64,000 nt of DNA, taken from Eledone cirrhosa. Its lineage: Eukaryota. The position numbers and the translations under genes are program-made. Below the pieces are notes generated by a model. That model did not search any database, had not been told where the DNA came from, and saw only the letters and a list, made by a program, of their open reading frames with translations. The DNA lies in the NCBI GenBank assembly GCA_964016885.1, contig OZ024743.1:172546001-172610000 (forward strand), given 5' to 3'. Shown here one piece after another: positions 1 to 12,178 of this stretch. Each line of letters opens with the position of its first letter. Position 1 is the first letter of the stretch.

Positions 1-3000
1 CATTTTGGTGAGAGTTGGGCTGGGACAAGGGACGACGGTGAGGCGGTAGCAGATGACGGATGCGATGTACGCATTCGACACCTCTGCTGAGCCTTTCAGG
101 GACAGCTTCCTCTCGGCCCATTTCTGGGTGAGGGAGGCCACCTTGCTCGTCACCTCGTTCCAGTTTTTCTCCATCTGGAGGTCCGTCCCGAACCAGACCC
201 CGAGCAATTTAACCGGTCCGTCCGTCCAACGCCTCACGGCGCTGTCGGACGGCATGGACTTGCTTCTCCAGGTGCCGAGCTGCAAGCCCACCGACTTTTC
301 CTGGTTTATCTTTGCTCCTGTCACCGCTTCGTATTCCTTGAGAGCGGTGCTGAGCATCTGGACGTGTCTGGTGCTCGACACCACCACGGCGATATCGTCG
401 GCGTAAGCCGACTCCGATTTCTCGCATCCTAGTTCGCGTGGGACGCCCCTCATCACTCCCAGTTTGTGCAGTAACGGCTCGAGAGCCAATACGTACAAGA
501 GGGACGAGAGGGGACAACCCTGGCGGACCGAGTGCATGATGCTGAACGGCTGCGACAGGTGACCGTTCACCCTCACAACTGAGCAGATGTCGCTGTACAT
601 CGCAGCGATTCAACCCCTGAAAACGGGCCCGAAACCGGCTGCCTCGAGGACAGCCGCCAGGTACCGATGGTCGACCCTATCGAATGCTTTGGATTGATCC
701 AAGTTGATCAGGGCCCCACCCGTGCCAGGTTCCTTAACCACCCTCTCTATGATGTATCGCATAAGGTGTAGGTTGTCGTGTATGGATCTGTCCGGAATGG
801 CGCATGTCTGTGCCTCTCCCACCAGACCCTTGACGACAAGCGCCAACCTCGTTGCTAACACCTTTAACACGTTTAGCAGGGTTATGGGCCTGAAGTTATC
901 GATAACATCCCCCTTGTTCGGGTCTTTTCTCAGCAGCGCCACCGCTCCTCGTCTCACAAAACTAGGAATGCTCCCGTTCTGTTGTCAGTTGCAGTAGACA
1001 TCTGCTAAGAGGTCACCGAACAAGTCTGGCATAAATGCATAAAGCTCGTAGGGCAGATCATCCAAACTTGGCGATTTACCCCTCGTGCAGCTAGCCATCG
1101 CTTCCCGTATTTCACTGGCTGTTATTGGCTTTTCGCAACACTGTGCTGCAGTCGTCGAGAGCCGAGGCAGTCCATCGAGGTATCCACTGAAGTCCCCGAT
1201 CCGGCCCGCCGCTGCTCCCGAATAGTTCAGCAAAGTGCTGCAGAAAAGCTTCACACATCTGCTCGGGTTCAAGCAGCACGCGCCCGTTTTGATCAGACAA
1301 AGACCGAATTGTGGCTTGGTTGCCACGTCGCGCCTCTGCCACCTGGGGCCCATTGGACGGCTTTTGTCCCCTCGTGTTTCAGAGCACGCGCTCTAGCTCT
1401 GACAACGCAGACTTCGTGTTTTGCGTTGAAGAATTGGTCGAGTGCCAATCTCGCCGCAAGCACGTCGGTTGCGATGCCTGTCCTATACGCCTCTTCTAGC
1501 TTTCTGACTAGCTTTCCCTCTACTCTATTTTCCTCTATCACTACTCCTTTGCTAAACCTAATCTACCCTACTTTAATTGCCCTTTTCAGGGCAAACCACC
1601 ACCTGTTGTTGACGATCGCTCCCGTCAACTCCCGCTTAACTAATACGCTAATCCGGTCTCTGTAGGCGTTGCGCGCCCGAAAAGACGCCTTCAGCTTCCA
1701 GTAACCGGGCCCTTGCCTATGAAGTCTGTCTATGTCGATCTCACAGATCACAAATTTGTGGTCTGTGTAGTCGACTAACTAACCTTAAAGAGCGGGACGT
1801 TCCAAGAAAGGTCTCTAGACGTCTGAAGATCTGGCCTTCCTGTCCCTGTCGGAGAATAGACGGCTACTAGCCTGAAAGCGTTGCCTTTGGTGCCGCTTAC
1901 GTCCAGCACCACCAACTTACCTTCTGGGTCCAGGAAGATGGTCCGTATGGCGAGACCCAAGCCTTTCCGAAACAACACAGCCACTTAGTTTCTTGTTGTG
2001 TGTATTTATTGCTGTGCATTTCTTTTTCTGGAGGTGGGGTGTGGTTCTGCTATTTTCTTGTCGTTGTTGCTGGGTGTGTGTGTTTTGTTGTGTTTGCGAT
2101 GTTGCTGCTTGTGGTGGTGGTGTTGAAGGTGTTGTTGTTGTTGGCGGTGGGGTTGCCGCCGGTGGTGATGGTAGTGCTAGTGTGGGTGGGGATGGTGTTG
2201 GTGGTGTTGCTGCTGTAAGTCTCTTTGCAGTAGCCTTCACCCTTTTTTCATTTCTTCCTTCCATTTTCGAAGGCGACGATGCTCTGATTCTGCGTTTGTG
2301 CTTTCTTGCGACCTTTTGCCATCCCTCTCCCACCTCACACTCCATGTCCGATTCTGTGAGGTCGGGGAGGGGGGTACCAGCTCCACTCTTTCACTTGTTC
2401 TTGTTGGTGATGGTTGCAGTGGAGTCTCTGTTGCAGCTGCAGTTGGTATTACTGTTGTTGTTGTTAATACTTCCACTGCTGCTGCTGTTCTTGATTTCCG
2501 TGGCGTTGGTATGGATGCCACGCACCTATCCTTCCTGCTTGCCGCCTGTCCTGTTGCTGGTAGCAATGGAGCCGGTTTCGGAAGGAGGGGGTTTTTCTCC
2601 TTTTTCAGGGTCTTCTCATTGCAGAAGGCCCTGAAGTGAGTCTTCGACCCACAGCGAAAGCATTTCAGGCGTTTGACCTCAACACTTATGGGAAGTTGAG
2701 TGCCGTCATCGAAGTCTATCACATCCAGGATAGCTTCGATACACTCCTCGTTGGTTTGAATTAACATCTCAATGGAGGCGCCGACCTAATCTTCTCATAC
2801 TTTTTTCTGTACTTGCAGTACGGTTGTTTTGTCCTCGATTCCGACGAGGACAGACGTGGCCAGCCAAGAAGGGGCTATCCCTGGGGGGACTTGGGTCAGT
2901 TTGACCCTCACAATTTTTTGCCCGCAGTAGGAGGGCACCAACACCATTTCCTCGCTCCTTAGGGTTACCCCTCTTGGGGTATGGCAAAAAGCACGTCCAC

Positions 3001-3975
3001 GGTGGCATATTTCTTGCCTTGGGTGATATGCGTTTTCTGCTGCAATACAGGCCCTAAGGCTTTTTGTATTTGAGCCTCTGTGGCTCTTTCAACCCTATGT
3101 GATTTTGTGCTTACTGTACGGTACGTGACCGTACAGTGCTGTTGGGTTTCGAAAAATGTTTCGGCTGCCTTGCAGATTGCTCTGTGTCCGGTTTTCGTCA
3201 CCATCTTCTTTGCTTCCTGTAATTCCTCATTTGTTATAAGGATGGTTTCCAGGTTCTTTGCGATACCTGCAAACGAGATTGGTTTTTTTTCTTGTTATTG
3301 CTGCTGGTACTACGACCGACGCCGCCGCTGTTGCTGTGGTTGTTGTTGTTGTTGCTGCTGCTGTTGTTGTTTATGCTGCTGCTGATGTTGTTACGGCTGC
3401 TACTAGTATTTTCCTCGCCACTGTTGCTGCTGCTGTTGTTATTACGGCTGTTGCTGCTATTCTTCATGACGTCAGACGAATGAAATGGCTTTCCGTATTT
3501 AGCGCACACATCTTTCGTCGTTGTCGTCGTCGTGGAGAAATGATCCACGGCACGCGCGTTCTCTTGATGAAGAAAAGTACGAGAAACTACATTTTTCTTT
3601 TTTTTTAATGGCGTCGCTTGCGAAAGAGGCGATAGAGGCGACATCACATTTAGAGAAGGGAGGGAGAGAGACAATCTTTTCTCTGACGTAATGACGATCG
3701 GAGAAGAAGAAGGCGGAAGGAGTGGGAGTGACTTGTGAAAATTCTTTTTTGTAGCCATGTTTTCTTTTTACGGTTTAAAATGGATATGGGGCACAAAACC
3801 CCAATAACTGGTTATTTAACCCCGAAGGGCCAAATAACGGGCAGAAAAACCCCTCTCACGAAGAGGAGGGTGTCTTTATCTACAATTTGGTTCAGTTTTA
3901 AACAATTTACAATTGTTATAACGGTTAAAAATTACAATAACTTACAGAGCCGAGCCTCCGTCAACGATGGCATTC
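1..3975 (-). mobile_element. Tx1-clade non-LTR retrotransposon, copy 1 (divergent subfamily; degenerate; 3' part runs off window)
   Basis: Minus-strand fragments: ORF1 (3758 to ~2237, CCHC knuckle CFRCGSKTHFRAFC), APE remnants (FRLVAVYSP, GPGYWKL) and RT motifs (FRPITLLN, LDQSKAFDRVDH, RQGCPLS, YADD). The 5' end abuts (TAA)n at 3976. Confidence 0.9.
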
Positions 3976-4029
<54 letters not shown>

Positions 4030-4030
<1 letters not shown>

Positions 4031-4283
4031 TGTTCTTTATTAACCACAAGGGTTTACATAAAGTAGACATTAAGGACAGTACAGGACAATACAGGACGGT
4101 ACAAATGGGCATTTCTGCGTGTAAAAAAAACAGAGGATGAAATAAAATAACAAAGAAAAATTCCCCAATAGGGGGGAGACTTCCGAGGGACATTTGTGGA
4201 GAAAGCCCATTAAAAGACCACAGTGGCCCTGACCACCAGGGCAAGTGCCCTCTCCCAGTTTTCCACCTTTAATTTACAGACAC

Positions 4284-4286
<3 letters not shown>
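4030..4286 (-). mobile_element. 5'-truncated Tx1 3'-end fragment flanked on both sides by (TAA)n
   Basis: Near-identical to the 3' UTR of the full Tx1 at 26178-26447; TAA arrays lie at 3976-4029 and 4285-4333. Confidence 0.9.
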
Positions 4287-4331
<45 letters not shown>

Positions 4332-4356
<25 letters not shown>

Positions 4357-7143
4357 TATCCTCAAAGCAACAGCAAATACGGTGAGGAAACTACTTGGTA
4401 TAAAAGCGAGAGGAAACAACAGACAAGAAAGAGCAGAGCCGTGGTGGAAGAAGCGACTGAGTGGGCAAATCGGGGAAATGAGAAATGACATAGGAAAGCT
4501 TGAGTCACTACTGAATGGGACACTAAAAAACATAGGCACTAAAAATAGACTGGAAATAAAATACAAAACTAGGAGTAAAAAGCTAAATATTATCATAGAG
4601 GAATTGAAGCAACGCATTGTAGCAAAGAGTGCCAAAATCAGGCGATACGAGAACAGAGTCAGTCAGTATAAACAGAACCGCATGTTCGACAACAACCAGA
4701 AGATGCTGTTTGGACAGCTTGAGGGGAAAGAAAGAGGCAACGACTTGATCCCTGGGGCGGAACAAGCTAAAACATTCTGGAGAGGAATATGGGAGCAGGA
4801 TGTTAGACACAATGCCCAGGCAGGGTGGATTGAGACAGTACAGAGGGAGATCGGTGAGCAGGCACAGCAACAGACTGATTTGAGTATCACAGTTGAAACT
4901 CTTAAGGGGCAAGCCAAAAAACTAACCAACTGGAAATCACCAGGCCCAGATGGTGTGCAGGGGTATTGGATTAAACATTTAACATCCCTCCACCCGAAGC
5001 TGACGGCCATGTTCAATGACTGCTTGGTGACGGGTGAGGTGCCAGAGTGGTTGACAAAAGGTACCACAGTTCTGATAATGAAAGACCGAATCAAGGGTAA
5101 TGATGTTACCAACTATAGACCTATCACATGTCTGCCCGTAATGTGGAAACTGTTGACGAGCATTGTGTCTGAGGAAATCTACCATCACCTCCACACAAAC
5201 AACTTGTTGCCGGACGAACAGAAAGGATGCCGAAAGAAGTCACGTGGTACAAAGGACCAGCTGCTTATTGATAAGATGGTAATGGGGAATTGCAGGAGGA
5301 GACACACTGATCTTGCCATGGGATGGATAGACTACAGAAAGGCATTTGACATGGTGCCTCATTCCTGGATCACCAAAAGCCTGGAGATCTTCAGGGTGGC
5401 AGATAACATCAGACAGTTGCTGGGCAGGAGTATGGGGTCCTGGGAGACAGAGTTGACATCAACTGGAGTATCCTTGGGAAGCGTGAAGATCAAGTGAGGT
5501 ATCTTCCAGGGAGATAGCCTATCCCCTCTGTTGTTTGTCCTTGCCCTGATGCCCTTGACCATTATGCTGCGAAAAGTGAGAGCAGGATACAAGTTGGGAA
5601 GGGGAGAGCTTACCATCAATCACCTCCTCTTCATGGACGATCTTAAGCTCTTCGGGAAAAGTGAGAAGGAGTTGGATGTGCTTGTTGACACTGTCCGTAT
5701 TTTCAGCAGTGATATATGTATGCAGTTTGGTATTGGTAAATGTGGAGTCATTGTGATGAGGAGGGGTAGGTTGAGCAGAAGTAACGGGATCCAGATACCA
5801 ACAGGTGAGATGATAAAGGAAATTGACTCTGAGGAAGGATACAAGTATTTGGGCGTTCTGGAGGCTGATGGCATAAAGAACAAAAAAATGAAGGAATTGT
5901 TAAGAACTGAATACATTCGGAGAGTAAGGAGCGTATTGAAGTCACATCTGAACAGCAGAAATGCCATAAGCGCAGTAAATTCCCGAGCTGTGTCTATTAT
6001 TAGGTACAGTGCGGGAATTCTGAGATGGAATGTTGCTGAACAAAAAGAAATGGATAGGAAGACTAGGAAGCTATTGACTATCTACAACATGTTCCACAAG
6101 AGGAGTGATGTCGATAGACTCTACCTAAGGAGATCTGAGGGTGGAAGAGGTCTTATCAGCATAGAGGACTGTGTTCAGATGGAGAAAAACAACCTATACA
6201 AATACGTGACCTATAGTAAGGAGCCAATGCTCAGAGCTGTACTGAAGGAGGAGACAGTAGGCCAGGGGATACCCAAGGAGGAAATAACATCAAGGAGGAA
6301 GAGCAGCCTTAAGGGAAAATCCCTTCATAGTACCTTCTTTGAGAAAACTGAATTTAGAGATCCACAGACATGGAACTGGTTGAGAAGAGGAGACCTCAAA
6401 AAGGCTACAGAAGGAATGCTAATGGCTGCGCAGGAGCAGGCCCTCAAAACGAAGTGGTTGAAGCACCATATCTACAAGGAGGAGGCTAGCCCACTGTGCA
6501 GGATCTGTGGAGAGAGAGAGGAGACTGTGGCTCACATTGTGTCCGAGTGTAAACACCTAGCCCAGACCCACTATAAGGGCTGGAGACACGATGTGATGGG
6601 CAGGGTGATCCACTGGCACCTGTGCAAAGTAAACAATCTACCACATTCTGAGAAATGGTATGAGCATAGGCCAGAGGCGGTGATGGAGAACAGTCAGGTG
6701 AAGGTGATGTGGGATTTTAGGATACAGACGGACAAAAAACTGGAACACAATAGACCTGACCTGGTGGTTGTGGACAAAGAAAAAAGATCGTGCCTGATTG
6801 TGGATGTGGCCTGCCCGTTCGACACGAGAGTGCAAGAGAAGGAGAGGGAGAAAATTAACCGATACCAGGACCTAAAGTGGGAGGTGAAAAGGATTTGGAA
6901 CTGCCATGAAGTCAAAGTGATCCCGATTGTCATAGGCGCACTGGGGACTATCTCCAAAGGTTTCCAGGGATGGTTAAAGAAAATCGGCCCCTTCACGCTT
7001 TTTGGAACGCTTCAAAAGGCATGCTTGCTTGGAACGGCAAGAACCCTCCGATACGTCCTGAATATCTGAGGCTGCAGGTAGTGGCTTGATATTCAATCCA
7101 ACGGACTTTCCAGTTAACCAACATCAATGACTGAGATTCAAGG
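4332..7143 (+). mobile_element. R4/Dong-like family A, 5'-truncated copy with one nonsense mutation
   Basis: Nearly identical to 14070-16861. AGA>TGA at 5495 splits the ORF (4223..5497, 5531..7069). AAC/AAT tail at 7144-7187. Confidence 0.95.
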
Positions 7144-7225
7144 AATAACAATAACAATAATAATAATAATAATAACAATAATAATAAGGTTACTGATAAT
7201 AATAGTAGTAGTGGTAGCAGTAATA

Positions 7226-7323
7226 GTTAACTTCGACGGGATTTGAACTCAGACCGTAAAGAGACGTAATTGTGCTGGAAAGCATGGCGTCCGACTCTCT
7301 ACCGATACTGCCAATTCACTGCC
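7226..7323 (-). mobile_element. tRNA-derived SINE, 5' fragment
   Basis: Reverse complement shows A box TGGCAGTATCGG and B box GAGTTCAAATCC; homologous to 7753-7945. Confidence 0.75.
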
Positions 7324-7493
7324 CCTAACAATAACAATAATAACATGGAAAAAGTGGGGAAACTTTACCCATCCTCACTATTATCAACCGTCAGTTGACC
7401 AATCGGACATTAAATCAATCGGCAATCCCTCAACTTTTTCATAGACACATCCTCTCACCCAACGTTACCATTAATCCTCACCCCTATTAACAT

Positions 7494-7672
7494 AATTGTT
7501 TCTACTTTTGGCACACGGCCAGCAATTATCCCAGTGTATTACTGGTACTTTATTTTATCGACCACGCAAGGATGAAAGGCAAAGTTAACCTCGGCGGGAT
7601 TTGAACTCAGACCATAAAGGGGCATAACTCTTTGCTGCAAAGCATAGCGTCCGACCCTCTACCGATACTGCC
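7494..7672 (-). mobile_element. tRNA-derived Nin/Deu-domain SINE
   Basis: Reverse complement of the SINE at 7753; central AACTTTGCCTTTCATCCTT..GGTCGATAAAATAAAGTACC domain. Confidence 0.85.
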
Positions 7673-7752
7673 TTCAACCTTAATCATCCATCTCTTATCA
7701 TTGTCTTTTTACTTTTTATTCTCTATTTATTGGTTTTTATTATTTTTATTTT

Positions 7753-7945
7753 GGCGGTGGATTGGCAGTATCGGTAGACGGTCGGACGCCATGCTTTGAC
7801 GTATAGAGTTGCGGCCCTTTCCATTCTGAATTCAAATCCCGCCGAGGTTAACTTTGCCTTTCATCCTTACGGGGTCGATAAAATAAAGTACCAGTAATAT
7901 ACTGGTTAATTGCTGGTCTTGTGCCAAAATTAGAAACAATTATTA
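7753..7945 (+). mobile_element. tRNA-derived Nin/Deu-domain SINE
   Basis: A box TGGCAGTATCGG, B box TTCAAATCC, Nin-like core, 3' end CTTGTGCCAAAATTAGAAAC followed by (ATT)n. Confidence 0.85.
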
Positions 7946-7999
7946 TTGTTATTGTCATTACCATTTTACGCATCTATCCACTCATCATTACAACTATTA

Positions 8000-10900
8000 C
8001 TAGCAATTTAACCGGTCCGTCCGTCCAGCGCCCGATGACGCTGTTGGGCGGCATGGAGCTGCAGGCCCACCGACTTTTCCTGGTTGATCATTGCTCCTGT
8101 CACCGCTTCGTATTCTCTTACTGTAGTGCCGATCGCCTCGGTGTGTTTGGCGGAAATATCGTCCGCATATGCTGACACGGATCTTCCACATCCTAGTTCG
8201 CGCGAGACCCCTCAACGTCTCCAGTTTGTGCAGTAATGGCTCGAGAGTCAATACATACAAGAGGGGACATCCTTGGCGGACCGAGCGCATGATGTTGAAC
8301 GGTTCCGAAAGGTTACCGTTCACTCTCATCACAGAGCAAATGTCGCTGTGCATGGCCACTGATCTAAATTGATCAAGGACCCACCGGTGCCAGGTTCCCT
8401 AGCAACCCTCTCCACGATATATCGCATGAGGTGGAAGTTGTCGTGGATGGATCTGTCGGGAATGGCACATGTCTGCGCCTCTTCCACCAGACCATCAACG
8501 ACAAGCGCCAACCTCTTTGCTAGCACCTTGGCCAAAATCTTGAACACTGTGTTTAGCAGAGTTATGGGCCTGAAATTATCTATGTTATCCCCCTTGTTCG
8601 GATCCTTTCCCAGCAGCGCCACAGCTCCTCGGCTCACAGAGCTGGGAATACTCCCGTTCTGTTGCAGTAGACGTCCGCCAAAAGGCCTCTGACATCTGGC
8701 ATCTGTACGTAAAGTTCATAGGGCAGACCATCCAAACCAGGCGATTTACCCCTTGTGCAGCCAGTCATTGCCTCCCGTATTTCAGCGGCTGTTATCAGCT
8801 TTGGACAACACTCCGCCTCAGTGGCCGAGAGTTAGACACTAAAGTCCGTCGAGGTAGACACTAAAGTCCATCCCTCGATCCGGCCCGCCGCTGCCCCCGA
8901 ACAGCTGAGCGAAGTGTCGCTGAAAAACTTCATACATTTGCCCGGGATCGAGTAGCATGCGCCCGTCGTGGTCCACCACTCGGGCCCATTGAACGGCTTT
9001 CGTCCCCTCGTGTCTGAGAGTGCGCACCCTAGCTCTGACAACGCAGCCTTCGTGCTTTGCATTGAAGAATTGGTCAAGGGCCAATTTCGGCGCAAGTACG
9101 TCGGTAGCCATGCCTTTGCTAAGCGCCTCGTCTAATTTTCTAACTAGTTCTCCCTCTGCTCTATTTTTCTCTATTGTTAAAGCCTTACTAAAGCTAATGA
9201 ACTCTATTCTAAACGATCTTTTGAGAGCAAACCACCTTTTGTTGTTGACTATGGCCCCCGTCAATGTTCGCTTAACTAGTTCGATAATCCGGTCTCTGTA
9301 GGCCTTGCGCGCTGGTAAGGACGCGTTTAGCTTCCAGTAGCCGGGTCCTCGTCTATGAAGCCTATCTAAGTCAAGCACACAGATCACGAATTTCTGGTCC
9401 GTGTAGCTGACTATCTTGAATTGTGGACAGTCTATGCTAGACATATCTATTTCCCTACAAAATACTCTATCTAGATATGATCTGGATGAACCGATGCTGT
9501 TTGTTCAAGTCCACATTGGCACATTCGGGAAATCCAATCGGTACCTGTCAGATAGTTCAAAACGCCTGAGCAGGTTGGTGAGGCTTTTGCACCCTCCTCC
9601 CCTATCCGCTAATCCCACACAGTCCCAGCGTGCATCTAAGATCCCGTTCCAGTCGCCCACTAACACTAAAGAGCGGGACGTTCCAAGAAAGGTCTCCAGA
9701 CGCCGGAAGAAATCAGGCCGCCCTGCTCCTGTCGGGGCATAGACGGCCACTAACCTGAAAGCTTGCCCGTCTCCGCTGGTCACGTCCAGCACCACCAACT
9801 TACCTTCTGGGTCCAGGAAGATGGCCCGTATGGCGAGATCCAAACCCCTCCGAAAAAGCACATCAACTCCTCCCCCCGATCCCGGACGGCTGGGAGATGC
9901 GTATACATCGTAGCCGCCGAAGATCAGTGCGAAGGCCCGTGCTTCGGAGATGCTGGTCTCGCTGATGGCCACTACATCTATGTTTAGTGACCTGAGGTCG
10001 TTGAGCAGGTGTCCTTGCTTCCATGACGACCCCAAGCCACGCGCATTTATGCTGCTTTTTCTGAGTGAGGTCATGTTGAAATGGAGTGGAAAAGATGGGA
10101 AAGACCACTTACCTTACTTCTCGTAGAGGAAGGATGGTTTGTCCATCCTTTTCACTGCTTGTGGCCTTCTCCGGAAGGATGTCCTTATAAATCCTCCTGG
10201 AGAGTGTTTGTCGGAAGTCTCCGATGTCTTTGGGGAATTTTTGTTTTAGTGTCGTGTACGTTTTCTGTGTGATGCGAGTGATTTGTATGTGTGGAGGTGG
10301 TATGAACTTTTGGGTTGTTGTGTAGTCTTTTTCTGTGATGCTGGTGTTGTGTTGCATGTAGTGTAATAATTGGTTGTTGTTCAAATTTAATTGTTTCTAC
10401 TTTAGGCACAAGGCCAGCAATTACCCAGTGCATTACTGGTACTTTATTTTATCGACCCCGTAAGGATGAAAGGCAAAGTCAACCTCGGCGGGATTTGAAC
10501 TCAGATCGTAAAGGGACGTCACTATGCGTCAAAGCATGGCGTCCGTCCCTCTACCGATACTGCCAATCCACCCCTTGTTGTAATAATTGGTTGTTGTTCA
10601 AATTTAATGCTGTGTAGTGTGTATCGTTTTGGTTGTTTTGTTTTGTTTGCGTTTGTTGTGGGTTTGTTTCTGTTACGCTTTTTGGTGACTTTTGTGGTGT
10701 TGATGATGGTGGTGTTGGGGTTAATGATGGTGATGGTGTTGGTGTTTGTGGTGATGGGGTTGGTGATGCTGGTGTGGATGGTGGCATATCTGTCCTAACT
10801 TTTTTGTATGATAATTTATTTGTTTCCCTCTGTATTTTGTTTTTGGAGGGGGAAGGAAGAGGATTTTTTTCTTTTTTTGGTTTCTTTTTTTCGTTTTTCC

Positions 10901-11956
10901 TGATACCGTTTCCCACTCCTCGTCGTCACAATCTGTCTCCAGTTGCGATAAGCCGGGGAGTGGAAAATCCTCCACATGCGTTGGTTTTGGTTGTGGCGTG
11001 GTGGATGGTGTAGGCGCTAGTGCTAGTTCTGGCGCGTTGGGTGGTGCTGGTGTTGGTTTTGCTACTGTAGCTGGGGTTGTTGCTGTTACAGTTGCTTCTG
11101 TTGTTGCTGCTACAGTTGTTGTTGCCATTTCTGCTGCTGGTGCTGTTGATGGTTGAGTCACTGGGGTTGGTAAGAGAGGTGGCCTCAACCTTTTAGCCTG
11201 AGGGCAGAAAGCCCTCAGGTGGGTTGCTTCACCACAAACGACACACCTAGGTCTTCTGCCCTCGACAATTACCGTGACGTGGCTGCCGTCAGTGAGGTCT
11301 ATTACCTCTGGGATCTCCTCAATGCTTTTATGGTCCGCTTGGATTAGGAGCTCCATCCCAGATCCGGACCAGTTCTCCTGCTTTTCTTTCGCTATTTCTT
11401 GGTGTTAGCCTCGATGCCGGCGAGGACGGCAACCATTAGCCAGGGAATTTCGATGGCCGGTGGAACGTGGGTCACCCTGATCTTCACAAGTCTCTGGCCA
11501 CAATAGCTTGGGGTGAGTGCGAAGTCGTCACTTCTTAATGGGGTCATGGAGTGTTCTCTGGCCTCCTGTGGTATTTCAAAGAACACGTCCACGGTTCCAT
11601 ACTTCTGCCCACGTCTGATGTGGGGGTTTTTTGCCCACACATGTCCCAAAGCTTTCTGTATTTGGGACTCGGATGCCCGTTCCACTCGGCGCGATTTTAT
11701 GTTAATTGTCCGATAAGACACGGTGCATAGGCGACACATGTTTCAATTTGCCTTCGCTGACTTTGTGCTAATAGCTTGATCTGATCAATTCCTAAATCAG
11801 TTAGTAACTATTTTTTAGTGTCCTTTTCAGAAATCAATGTATGTGCAATTATATACAGTTAACAATAACAATTTTCCATAAATGGCAATTTTAAACAACT
11901 GAAAATAACAAACCTTTGCGGAGCTCACGATGATGCGATTTACTACGTAGGTGGCC
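8000..11956 (-). mobile_element. Tx1-clade element, copy 2 (internally deleted, 3' part lost)
   Basis: Homologous to 27600-32094. ORF1 pieces (CVVCGEATHLRAFC), APE start MTSLRKSSINARGL at 10074, RT fragments. The 5' end GGCCACCTACGTAG abuts (TAA)n. Confidence 0.92.
10389..10575 (-). mobile_element. Nin/Deu-domain SINE inserted in Tx1 ORF1 with 30-bp TSD
   Basis: TGTAATAATTGGTTGTTGTTCAAATTTAAT is repeated at 10362-10391 and 10579-10608; it is single-copy in the uninterrupted paralog near 30141-30170. Confidence 0.9.
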
Positions 11957-11962
11957 TATAAC

Positions 11963-12012
<50 letters not shown>

Positions 12013-12178
12013 GGGAAGAAGACGCACGATGTGACGGAGGTCATGAAATCGCTCCCGTAAGTTTTGAATTTTTAACATATTTAAATCATTTGTGAAATAA
12101 CAACTCTTAGTACAAATGCTACGTAAAGCACCCGGCTTGAGCCCCAAAAAAATTCGGACCCAAAATATATTGTTATAA

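Noticed and set aside
1993-3608. Hydrophobic Leu/Val/Cys-rich ORFs on +
   Set aside because: Antisense reading of low-complexity Tx1 ORF1.
4223-4333. Poly-Asn N-terminus fused to the Dong ORF (424 aa)
   Set aside because: Chance in-frame reading of the Tx1 stub antisense and (AAT)n into a truncated element; GTG start and premature stop.
7753-7845. tRNA gene
   Set aside because: A/B boxes run into a SINE core and tail; several dispersed copies; no clean cloverleaf.
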